This document shows positions 9,928 to 17,802 of a DNA stretch of 64,000 nucleotides, in pieces (within the stretch, counting starts at the first letter, position 1; every line of letters starts with the position of its first letter). Source of the stretch: Eubacteriales bacterium (GTDB taxonomy: Bacteria; Bacillota; Clostridia; Oscillospirales; RGIG5299); the NCBI GenBank assembly GCA_045588575.1, contig JAZNEJ010000005.1, positions 2,269 through 66,268 on the forward strand, given 5' to 3'. Under the pieces are notes generated by a model. The model searched no databases, was not told where the DNA came from, and saw only the letters and a program-made list of their open reading frames with translations. A program made the position numbers and the translations under genes.

Positions 9928-10170
9928 ATGGATACTTACAACAGATTATTAGAGGTTTGCTCCGCCGTTTTCGAGGGAGAAATAGACGTTAGCTTAATTA
10001 AGCCCGAGGCAAAGCTGATAGACGATATTAAAATTAATTCCATAGGACTTTTATATATGGCGTTAGCCGTTGAAGAAGAGTTCGGAATTAAATTCAGTAA
10101 CGATGATTTTCTTAAAATAATCACCGTTTCCGACGTTGTGGAAATTATAGAAAAGAAGCTTGCGTTATGA
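9928..10170 (+). CDS. Stand-alone acyl/peptidyl carrier protein (80 aa)
   Basis: ATG 9928 follows a GGAGGA RBS. It has ACP size and an acidic helix pattern, with a candidate Ser in DIKINSIGLLYMALAVEEEFG. Confidence 0.75.
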   Translation: MDTYNRLLEVCSAVFEGEIDVSLIKPEAKLIDDIKINSIGLLYMALAVEEEFGIKFSNDDFLKIITVSDVVEIIEKKLAL

Positions 10171-10577
10171 ACTGGGAAGCAAAAGAGCCAAAGCCTGCCG
10201 ATATAATAAGAACAAAGGTTAAGTTTTATTATCATTACGGCATTTTCGTAAGCGAAAACGAGGTTATTCAGTTCGGACTTCCAAACGACCCCGGCAGGCC
10301 TGCCGAAGAAATAAAGGTTATTGAAACCGACGTTTACACCTTTCTTTGCGGCGGAAATATTGAGGTTTTTTGTCCGAGCACAGATGAAAAGAAAAAGATG
10401 CGCACGCCAACAGAAATAATAAACACAGCCCGCGGCAGAATAGGCGAGGGGAATTACGATATTCTTCACAATAATTGCGAGCATTTTGCAAACAGCTGTG
10501 TTTTCGGCGAGTCGTCTTCAAGCTTCGTTGATTCCGTTAGAGAAAAAATAAGAAAAAAACTAAAGAGAAACGACTGA
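10167..10577 (+). CDS. PLAAT/LRAT (NlpC/P60-fold) Cys-His acyltransferase/phospholipase-like protein
   Basis: N-terminal EPKPADIIRTKVKFYYHYGIFVSENEVIQF and C-terminal YDILHNNCEHFANSCVFG. These match the His box and NCEHF catalytic Cys motif of the LRAT/HRASLS family. An ATGA overlap joins it to the carrier gene. Confidence 0.8.
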   Translation: MNWEAKEPKPADIIRTKVKFYYHYGIFVSENEVIQFGLPNDPGRPAEEIKVIETDVYTFLCGGNIEVFCPSTDEKKKMRTPTEIINTARGRIGEGNYDILHNNCEHFANSCVFGESSSSFVDSVREKIRKKLKRND

Positions 10578-10621
10578 ACGTTTAAATAACGGTAAAAATA
10601 TAAAGGTCGGAGGTGATGAAG

Positions 10622-11254
10622 ATGTGGATTTTACTCGGAATAATATTATTCATATTATTTCTTGTAACGGTTATTTTGCTTTTACCCGTTTCGGTTATAA
10701 TTAAAGCTAATGAAAAGGGCGAATTTAAAATACTCTATAAGCTGCTCTTCAAAACCTTTGGAGAAAAGCCCGACCCGAATAATCCCATAGTTAAAACTTT
10801 AAAAGAGGTTGTGGGAGTTACAAGGCTCGATAAAGAAAAATTAAAGCAAAGCGTAAAAGAAAAAGGCTTTCTTAAAACTCTTAATGAAAGCGCTGCTCTC
10901 ATTTTGGAGCTTATTAAAAAAGCCTTTAATTTATTAAAAAAATGTAAGCTTAAAGATTTAAAAATAGATGTAATCTGCGCCGAGGAGGATGCCGCAAAAA
11001 CGGCAATCGCTTACGGGAGGGCTTATGCAATTATATCGCCCGTTTTGAATTTTATTAACGGTGTTATGAAGGTGCGTAAAAAGGGGCAGAAAATAAATAT
11101 AACTCCCGATTTTAACGGAGGCGAGCCTTCTTTTAGCCTTGAAATTGTTTTAACGGTTTCGGTTTTCAGAGTTTTAATTGTATTTTTACAGCTTATGGCT
11201 GATGAGAAAAAACGAAAAGAGCAGGAAACGGTTAAGAAAGAAAATCAAAAGTAA
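10622..11254 (+). CDS. Single-pass membrane protein, possibly DUF2953-like
   Basis: GGAGG RBS 8 nt before ATG 10622. It has an N-terminal TM helix (ILLGIILFILFLVTVILLL), a Lys-rich body and a late hydrophobic segment. The family call is from memory only. Confidence 0.55.
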   Translation: MWILLGIILFILFLVTVILLLPVSVIIKANEKGEFKILYKLLFKTFGEKPDPNNPIVKTLKEVVGVTRLDKEKLKQSVKEKGFLKTLNESAALILELIKKAFNLLKKCKLKDLKIDVICAEEDAAKTAIAYGRAYAIISPVLNFINGVMKVRKKGQKINITPDFNGGEPSFSLEIVLTVSVFRVLIVFLQLMADEKKRKEQETVKKENQK

Positions 11255-12206
11255 GATTTAAAACCTTGCTTAAAATAGCCTCGTCGCTTGCCAAAATGGC
11301 GTGAGTGGCGTTTTCAACGCTTTCAAAACGGCAGTTTTTGCATTTTTCAAAAAACTTTTTCTGCGGAGCGTTGTTAACCATTTTGTCTTCCGTTGCCGAT
11401 ATTATAAGAATAGGCGTTTGAATTTTTTTAACAACGCTTGAGCTTAAAATTTTTCTTCCAACGTTAAGCGAATTGCTAACCCAACCGAAGCTCATGGGAG
11501 TTGATTGGTAGTTGGGGTTTTCAATTCGAAGCTTCATATTATGTTCAAAGCGCGCTTGGCTTTGTCCCATTGCGGGATTAAATTTAACGTTTGGATTAAA
11601 TTCATCGCTCAAGAAAAATTTACGTTTTTTACCGAAAATAAATTTTCCAATATTAAGCGAAGCACGCGCAACCTTAAAGGGAACCTGCTTTGAAATCGGT
11701 TCAAACATGGGAGCCGATAAAACGGCTTTTTCAATTTTGTTTTGGTTTTGCGCCAAATATAAAGCGGTTACCGCGCCGCCCATTGAGTGAGAAAAAATGT
11801 AAAGCGGCTTATCTTCGGTTTTCAAAACTATTTCATCTATAAAATAGCTTAAATCCTTAACGTAATCGTTAAAACTGTTAACGTGGAGCAAATTTATTTC
11901 AGGTGTCAGCCTTTCGGAAAGCCCGTGGCAACGCTGGTCATATATGAAAACGTTAAAGCCCTTATTTAAAAAGTAATAAATAAGCTCGTAGAACTTTTTT
12001 GTAAACTCGCTTAATCCGTGCACTATAACCAAGTTAGCCTTGCTTTCCTCGGCTAAAAAATATTCATAAAAGATGTTAACGTTATCGAATGCGGTAAAAT
12101 TTCCCTCGCATTTAACGGAGTTAAGCATTTTTGTAATTTCGTTTATTTTGTTTGAAAAATCTTTTTCGGAAATTATTTCCGTCTTACAATTTGGAACAAA
12201 CCTCAT
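11232..12206 (-). CDS. Alpha/beta hydrolase, lysophospholipase/monoacylglycerol-lipase-like
   Basis: VIVHGLSEF oxyanion region, nucleophile elbow SHSMGG, and a late H (ENATHAIL). The start is set at ATG 12206 behind an AAGGAGA RBS. Its 3' end overlaps the convergent upstream gene by 23 nt. Confidence 0.8.
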   Translation of the reverse strand: MRFVPNCKTEIISEKDFSNKINEITKMLNSVKCEGNFTAFDNVNIFYEYFLAEESKANLVIVHGLSEFTKKFYELIYYFLNKGFNVFIYDQRCHGLSERLTPEINLLHVNSFNDYVKDLSYFIDEIVLKTEDKPLYIFSHSMGGAVTALYLAQNQNKIEKAVLSAPMFEPISKQVPFKVARASLNIGKFIFGKKRKFFLSDEFNPNVKFNPAMGQSQARFEHNMKLRIENPNYQSTPMSFGWVSNSLNVGRKILSSSVVKKIQTPILIISATEDKMVNNAPQKKFFEKCKNCRFESVENATHAILASDEAILSKVLNLTFDFLS

Positions 12207-12253
12207 ATTAGTTAATCTCCTTTGATTTTTAAAAGCAAAAAGTGGTGATAATA

Positions 12254-13195
12254 ATGATATCGAATAAAAAACAAAAAAAGGTTTTGATATCAATTATTGT
12301 TCTTATACTGTTTATAGCTTCTTCGTTTTTAATAACAAAAATTATTTACGACAGTATTTTCATCCGTTGCGACTGCCAAACCGCTCACTTTGAAAAACCG
12401 CTTGAAAATATTATTAACTCAAGAAAAAATTTTAAATACAAATGCAATGAAAACCTTTTGGCAGGTTTTTTATATGAAAGCTCAAGCGAGCTGAAAAACG
12501 ATACGCTCATTGTTTTGGCTCCAGGATTTAATGCATGCTCCGAAAGCTATTTATGGCAAATTAAAGAGCTTTGCGATTACGGCTGGTCGGTTTTTGCATT
12601 TGATGCAACCGGAACGGGCAGCTCCGAAGGAAGCACAAGCATTGGTTTCCCGCAAGAAGTAATAGATTTGGAAAAAACGCTTGATTTCATTGAAGAAAAT
12701 AACAGATTTAACTATAAAAACGTCGCTTTAATGGGGCATAGCAGGGGCGGTTACGCCGTTTGTTGTGCATTGGCGGAAAAACGCGATATAGCGGCGGTAA
12801 TCTCAATAAGCGGCGTAAACAGCGCAATGGAAGGTGTTATAGGCGCAAGCAAGAAATACGTTGGCAATTTTGCCTATGCAAATTACGGTCTGCTTTGGCT
12901 TTATCAAACTATGCTTTTCGGCGAAGATGTTGTAAACCTGAGAGCAGACGAGGTTTTAAAAACCACTCAAACTCCCGTGCTTGTAATACACGGTAAGGAC
13001 GACGGCAAAATCCCGATAAACGAATTTTCAATAATGTCTTATAAAGATAAGATTGCAAACGGTAACGTTGAATATTTGGTTTGCGGCGATGCGGGAAGCT
13101 CAGGACATAACGACCTGCTTTTTGACAGCGACGGCACCGCAGACGATATTTTAATAGGAAAAATAAACGATTTTTTAAATATGAGTATCAAATAA
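12254..13195 (+). CDS. Membrane-anchored alpha/beta hydrolase
   Basis: N-terminal TM helix, elbow GHSRGG, and late VIHGKDD...GHNDL. The start is ambiguous (GTG 12242 or ATG 12254). Confidence 0.75.
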   Translation: MISNKKQKKVLISIIVLILFIASSFLITKIIYDSIFIRCDCQTAHFEKPLENIINSRKNFKYKCNENLLAGFLYESSSELKNDTLIVLAPGFNACSESYLWQIKELCDYGWSVFAFDATGTGSSEGSTSIGFPQEVIDLEKTLDFIEENNRFNYKNVALMGHSRGGYAVCCALAEKRDIAAVISISGVNSAMEGVIGASKKYVGNFAYANYGLLWLYQTMLFGEDVVNLRADEVLKTTQTPVLVIHGKDDGKIPINEFSIMSYKDKIANGNVEYLVCGDAGSSGHNDLLFDSDGTADDILIGKINDFLNMSIK

Positions 13196-13212
13196 AAGGA
13201 TTGAAAAATAAA

Positions 13213-14244
13213 ATGGACGTAGTTTTAATACCTGCCTACGAGCCCGACGGCGAGCTTATTAAAATAGTTAACGAGCTAAGCGAAAACAGTTTTAAAACCG
13301 TTGTTGTTAACGACGGCAGCAGCGAGAAATACAATGAAATTTTTAACGCAGTTAGCGAGAAAGCCGAAGTTGTTACATTAGAGAAAAACTCCGGCAAGGG
13401 TGCTGCCTTAAAGGCAGGTATGAAACACATAAAAGCGAACTATCCGAACTGCAAAAACTTCATAACCTGCGATGCCGACGGTCAGCACCGAGTTTCCGAC
13501 GTTATTAAGGTTAGAGAAGAACTTCATAAAGGGAAAAACTTCGTTTTAACAATAAGAGAAAGAAAGGGTAAAATTCCGTTTCGTTCCCGCTTTGGAAACG
13601 ACCTTTCCAAATTCGTTTTCACCATATTAACAAACAACTATTTATCCGATAATCAGTCGGGCCTTCGCGGCTTTTCAATAAAGAATATAGATTGGCTTAT
13701 GGAGGTTGAAAAAGATAAATACGATTATGAAATGAACGTTTTATATTATGCCGCCAAAAAAGGCCTTGAAATAACCACCGTTCCGATTGAGGCAATCTAC
13801 ATTGAAAACAATGCTTCTTCGCATTTTTCACCGGTTAAAGATACCGTTAGAATTTATAAAAGCCTTTTCGGTTTGGCAATGGGAACACTTCTTACCTTTG
13901 CTTTCACCGAGCTGTTGGTTATTATAACATCGCTTACCTTCGGCACAGAGCAAATATTTTTAACGCTTTCGGTAATAGGCGCGTTAAGCTTATTATTACA
14001 TATTATATTAAACCGTTTCGTTTTTTTAAGAAAAGCAAAAGTAGGGGACGACCTTTCAACCGTTGTTTACACAATTATTTATTATTTCGTCTACACCATT
14101 TTAACGGCGTTGTTTTCCTTTATGTTTACGGGCGTTTCGCTTTTCATAATTTTCAACTTGGCTTATATAATTTGTTTACCGCTGAAATTTTTCTTGCATC
14201 AGCTTATCTTTATTGCAAGAACTAACCGAAACAAAATATTATAA
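13213..14244 (+). CDS. GT2 glycosyltransferase fused to a GtrA-like 4-TM domain (polyprenyl-phosphate sugar transferase type)
   Basis: IPAYEP...VVNDGS...DADGQH (DxD-type GT-A motifs), followed by about 120 aa with four hydrophobic helices. Confidence 0.8.
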   Translation: MDVVLIPAYEPDGELIKIVNELSENSFKTVVVNDGSSEKYNEIFNAVSEKAEVVTLEKNSGKGAALKAGMKHIKANYPNCKNFITCDADGQHRVSDVIKVREELHKGKNFVLTIRERKGKIPFRSRFGNDLSKFVFTILTNNYLSDNQSGLRGFSIKNIDWLMEVEKDKYDYEMNVLYYAAKKGLEITTVPIEAIYIENNASSHFSPVKDTVRIYKSLFGLAMGTLLTFAFTELLVIITSLTFGTEQIFLTLSVIGALSLLLHIILNRFVFLRKAKVGDDLSTVVYTIIYYFVYTILTALFSFMFTGVSLFIIFNLAYIICLPLKFFLHQLIFIARTNRNKIL

Positions 14245-14251
14245 AAGATAT

Positions 14252-14283
14252 AAAGACAAACAAAGCGTTTGTCTTTATTTTTA
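14252..14283. terminator. Bidirectional terminator between the GT2 gene and plsX
   Basis: Perfect 10-bp stem AAAGACAAAC/GTTTGTCTTT with an AAAGC loop, followed by a T-run. Confidence 0.6.
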
Positions 14284-15258
14284 TTTTACAAATATGTTCG
14301 ACATTTCTTTCGAAAAATCGGCCTTGTTAAGCCTTAAAATTTGAGCTATTGAGGATATAACCGTTTCTTCGTTAGCCATACCGTGCATTTTAACAACGGT
14401 TTTTTGAGTGCCCAAAAAGGTTGCGGCGCCTCTTGAATTAAAATCGAATTTTTCGGTTATTTTCGCCTTCATTTTTTCAACCAATTCGGGAGCCTCGTCC
14501 TTAAAGGATTCAATAATTTCAAGAGCTTTTTTGCCTGAGGCTTCGGTGTTTTTCAAAAGCAAATTTCCCGAAAAACCGTCGGCTACAATTACGTCGGCAT
14601 AGCCCGAAACCATATCGCTGCCTTCAAGATTACCTATAAAATTAAGGTTGGTTTCTTTTAATTTAGCAAAGGCTTCCAACGTTAATTTGTTTCCCTTGGC
14701 GTCCTCTCTGCCAACCGACATAAGCCCAACTCTCGGGCTTTCAATACCGCAATAACACTTTGAGAAAACGTTGCCCATTTTTGCGAAATTAACCAAATCG
14801 GTTGAGCTGCAATCCACCAATGCGCCGCAATCAACCAAGGTTAAAAGAGATTCGTTTGCGCAAGGCAAAGCGCTGCAAAGCGACGGGAATTTAATTGAGG
14901 GAAGCAAGCCCAAACGGCAAACCGAGCCGACTAAAAGCGCACCGGTGCTTCCTGCCGAAAGAAAGGCAACTGCGTTTTCGTCTTCCTTTAAACGTTTGTA
15001 GCCGAGAGCAACAGAGATTTCATCACGTCCGCGGAAAATAGAGGAGGCAGGCTCATTATTGGTTATATAATCGGTTGTGTGAATAATTTCATATTTGTCT
15101 TCAAAAACACCGTTAGCAGACATAATTTCCGAAACCGTTTGGCTGTTTCCGACTAAAACGGGGAAGATGCCGTAAAGCTTAACAGCTTTGGCAACACCCG
15201 CAATAATAACCTTTTCGCCGAGGTCGGCGCCATAGGTATCAACAACAATTTTTTCCAT
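14281..15258 (-). CDS. plsX: Phosphate acyltransferase PlsX
   Basis: 325 aa. GNLEGSD...ADVIVADGFSGNLLLKNTE and HGMAN match the PlsX family pattern. Confidence 0.92.
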   Translation of the reverse strand: MEKIVVDTYGADLGEKVIIAGVAKAVKLYGIFPVLVGNSQTVSEIMSANGVFEDKYEIIHTTDYITNNEPASSIFRGRDEISVALGYKRLKEDENAVAFLSAGSTGALLVGSVCRLGLLPSIKFPSLCSALPCANESLLTLVDCGALVDCSSTDLVNFAKMGNVFSKCYCGIESPRVGLMSVGREDAKGNKLTLEAFAKLKETNLNFIGNLEGSDMVSGYADVIVADGFSGNLLLKNTEASGKKALEIIESFKDEAPELVEKMKAKITEKFDFNSRGAATFLGTQKTVVKMHGMANEETVISSIAQILRLNKADFSKEMSNIFVK

Positions 15259-15266
15259 AGCGCACC

Positions 15267-16901
15267 TTATTCCAAAGAAATAATGTAATCGTAAATTTCC
15301 TGCTTGCCGTCGATAAAACCAATATCGGCAAGAGGATATTCGTTTTCAATATAGCTTTTAAGAATGTTAACCTCATCGGAAGAAACGTTTTTGCCGTGGA
15401 AAACTATAATAATTGATTTTTCGTCCTCGCTCATAATGCGGTTGATTAACGAAACGGTAAGCTCAAAGCGGTTAAAACCGTTTAAAACTATATCTTTGTT
15501 TTTAATGCCGAGATACTGATTTTTCAAAATTTCAAGCTCGCCTATTTTAGCATCTCTCGTGGCGGTGGTAACGGCGGCGGAAACAACGGAGTTTAAGCCG
15601 GAAGACATATCTTCAATAAGAGTTTCCACGTCTTCGCTCCACAAATTCATCATAGAAAGGGCGCTGTAACCCTCAACTATCGTTTTGGTGGGAATAACGT
15701 GCACGTGAGCAGATTTATAAATGCCCGCAACCTGATTTGCAGTGAGAATAATGTTTGAATTGTTGGGAAGTAAAATAATGTGCTCGGCATCAAACTTTTT
15801 AAAGGCGTTTAAAAAATCCTCAACCGAAGGGTTGTTGGTTTGACCGCCGTTTATAACGGAAGTAGCGCCTATGCTGTAAAAATAATCTATAATACCCTCG
15901 CCCGAAGCAACGGTTACAATGGCGTATTTAACCTTTTCGCGCTTATCTTCGAGCTGTGTTTCGTTGTGCTGAACCGACATATTTTCAATTTTTAAATTCA
16001 CAAACTCGCCAAACGCTCTTGCGTGAGCCAAAACCTTTTCGGGAGTAAAGGTGTGAATGTGAAGCTTAACTATATCGCCGCTTACAACGCAAACGATTGA
16101 ATCTCCCATGGGGTAAAGCGGCTCTAAAAAGCTTTCCTTTGAAAAAGAGGGAATATCAACCTTTGCATTCATTAACTGCAAAATAAATTCGGTGCAATAT
16201 CCGTATTCCATAACGCTGTCGGGCCCGAAATTCAAAGCCGTTTTAGCCGAATTGGGCGCATAAGACTCAACAGTTTCAACGTCGTCGATTGAAATGCCGC
16301 AAAAATAAGAATAAATTCCTTCAAAAAAGCAAACAAGACCTGCGGCCCCGCTATCTACAACTCCGGCTTCCTTTAAAACGGGAAGCATATCGGGAGTTTT
16401 TGCAAGCGTTTTTTTCATACATTCGAGTAATGCCTCAATGCCCGATTTAAAATCCGAATAGTGTGAAGCATTAGAGTCCAAAAAATCATAAGCTTCTCTT
16501 ATAACGGTTAAAATCGTTCCTTCGGTAGGAACGATAATTGAGTTATATGCATCTTCCTTTGCAAATTTAAAGGCGTTTGCCAAATCGGCAAAGCAAATTT
16601 CGGTTTTGTCGTTAAGACCTCTTGCAAAGCCCGTTACAAACTGAGAAAATATAACGCCCGAGTTACCTCTTGCGCAAAGCAAAACCGATTTTGCAAGAGA
16701 ATTGGTATATTCGTTAACCTTTTCGCTTTTTGTAACAGCGGCCATACCGCCGCCGAAGGTGTGGAGCATATTAGTTCCGGTATCTCCGTCCGGCACGGGA
16801 AAAACGTTTAAGTCGTTAATAACCGAAACGTTCTTTTTTAAATTGCCGCAACCAACGGTAAATAAAGCGTGAAGCTCATTACCGTTAATAAACTGTTGCA
16901 T
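15267..16901 (-). CDS. fakA: DAK2-domain protein YloV / fatty acid kinase FakA
   Basis: 544 aa. The N-terminal Dak2 motif is FPVPDGDTGTNM, and there is a C-terminal DegV-like/uncharacterised domain. It starts 2 nt after the upstream DegV gene. Confidence 0.9.
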   Translation of the reverse strand: MQQFINGNELHALFTVGCGNLKKNVSVINDLNVFPVPDGDTGTNMLHTFGGGMAAVTKSEKVNEYTNSLAKSVLLCARGNSGVIFSQFVTGFARGLNDKTEICFADLANAFKFAKEDAYNSIIVPTEGTILTVIREAYDFLDSNASHYSDFKSGIEALLECMKKTLAKTPDMLPVLKEAGVVDSGAAGLVCFFEGIYSYFCGISIDDVETVESYAPNSAKTALNFGPDSVMEYGYCTEFILQLMNAKVDIPSFSKESFLEPLYPMGDSIVCVVSGDIVKLHIHTFTPEKVLAHARAFGEFVNLKIENMSVQHNETQLEDKREKVKYAIVTVASGEGIIDYFYSIGATSVINGGQTNNPSVEDFLNAFKKFDAEHIILLPNNSNIILTANQVAGIYKSAHVHVIPTKTIVEGYSALSMMNLWSEDVETLIEDMSSGLNSVVSAAVTTATRDAKIGELEILKNQYLGIKNKDIVLNGFNRFELTVSLINRIMSEDEKSIIIVFHGKNVSSDEVNILKSYIENEYPLADIGFIDGKQEIYDYIISLE

Positions 16902-16903
16902 CG

Positions 16904-17791
16904 TTATTCATTCCCCTCAACTGTTACTTCTTCTCCGAAGGTAAAGCATATAACCGTTCCGGGACCTACGGAAGCGCCCACAATGGGACCTATGTAACCT
17001 AAAATTACCTCTTTGAAAGGTGCTTTTTTAAGAATTTCATCTCTTAAAAGAATGGCGTCGTCCAAGCAATCGGCGTGGCTTATTAAAAGAGTATCAAAAA
17101 CACCGTTTGCCGCATTAACTATATGGTCGGCAATGGCAACTCTTGCGTTTGCAGTGCCCTTAACCTTTTTATAGGCGTAGTTCTGACCTTTTCTGTCGGA
17201 AATAATTATGGGCTTAACGCCGAAAAGGTTTCCGAAAAAGGCTTTAGATGCCTTAACTCTGCCCGCTCTTGAAAGATATTCCATAGATTCAACGGTTCCG
17301 CACTGGTTAACTTTTAAGCGAATGCTTTCAATGTAATCGGCGGTTTCCTTTGCGGTTTTGCCCTCGGCTCTTTTCTTGGAGGCTTCCATTAAAAGATAGC
17401 CCTGACCGAGTGAGCTTATAAGCGAGTCAACACAGCAAATTTCGGCATCGGGAAATTCCGATTTGAGCTCGGAGGCAACCATATTAGCCGCATTTATTGA
17501 AGCCGAAAGGGCAGAAGAACAGGAAATGTAAAGAACGTCCTTTCCTTTTTCAAGCTGCTCCTTAAAACTGTTATAGTAAACGTTTTTGGGAACCTGAGTT
17601 GTAAAAACTCTTTTTCCCGCACGCATTATATTGTAATGCTCCTTGGCCTTTTCCGAGTCCCAGTCAAGAGAAGCAACGTATTCAACGTCGTCAACGGTGA
17701 AATTCATTGCAACGTATTCAATATTATATTGCTCGCGCATTTCTTTGGTTAAATCGCAGGTTGAATCACCGAAAATAACAAAATCCCGCAT
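16904..17791 (-). CDS. DegV/FakB family fatty-acid-binding protein
   Basis: 295 aa with a DSTCDL start motif and typical DegV length and pattern. Confidence 0.9.
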   Translation of the reverse strand: MRDFVIFGDSTCDLTKEMREQYNIEYVAMNFTVDDVEYVASLDWDSEKAKEHYNIMRAGKRVFTTQVPKNVYYNSFKEQLEKGKDVLYISCSSALSASINAANMVASELKSEFPDAEICCVDSLISSLGQGYLLMEASKKRAEGKTAKETADYIESIRLKVNQCGTVESMEYLSRAGRVKASKAFFGNLFGVKPIIISDRKGQNYAYKKVKGTANARVAIADHIVNAANGVFDTLLISHADCLDDAILLRDEILKKAPFKEVILGYIGPIVGASVGPGTVICFTFGEEVTVEGNE

Positions 17792-17802
17792 ATTAAATCT
17801 CC

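Noticed and set aside
9936-10484. 182-aa ORF antisense to the carrier-protein and LRAT genes
   Set aside because: The plus-strand genes have RBSs, translational coupling and catalytic motifs. The antisense ORF has none of these.
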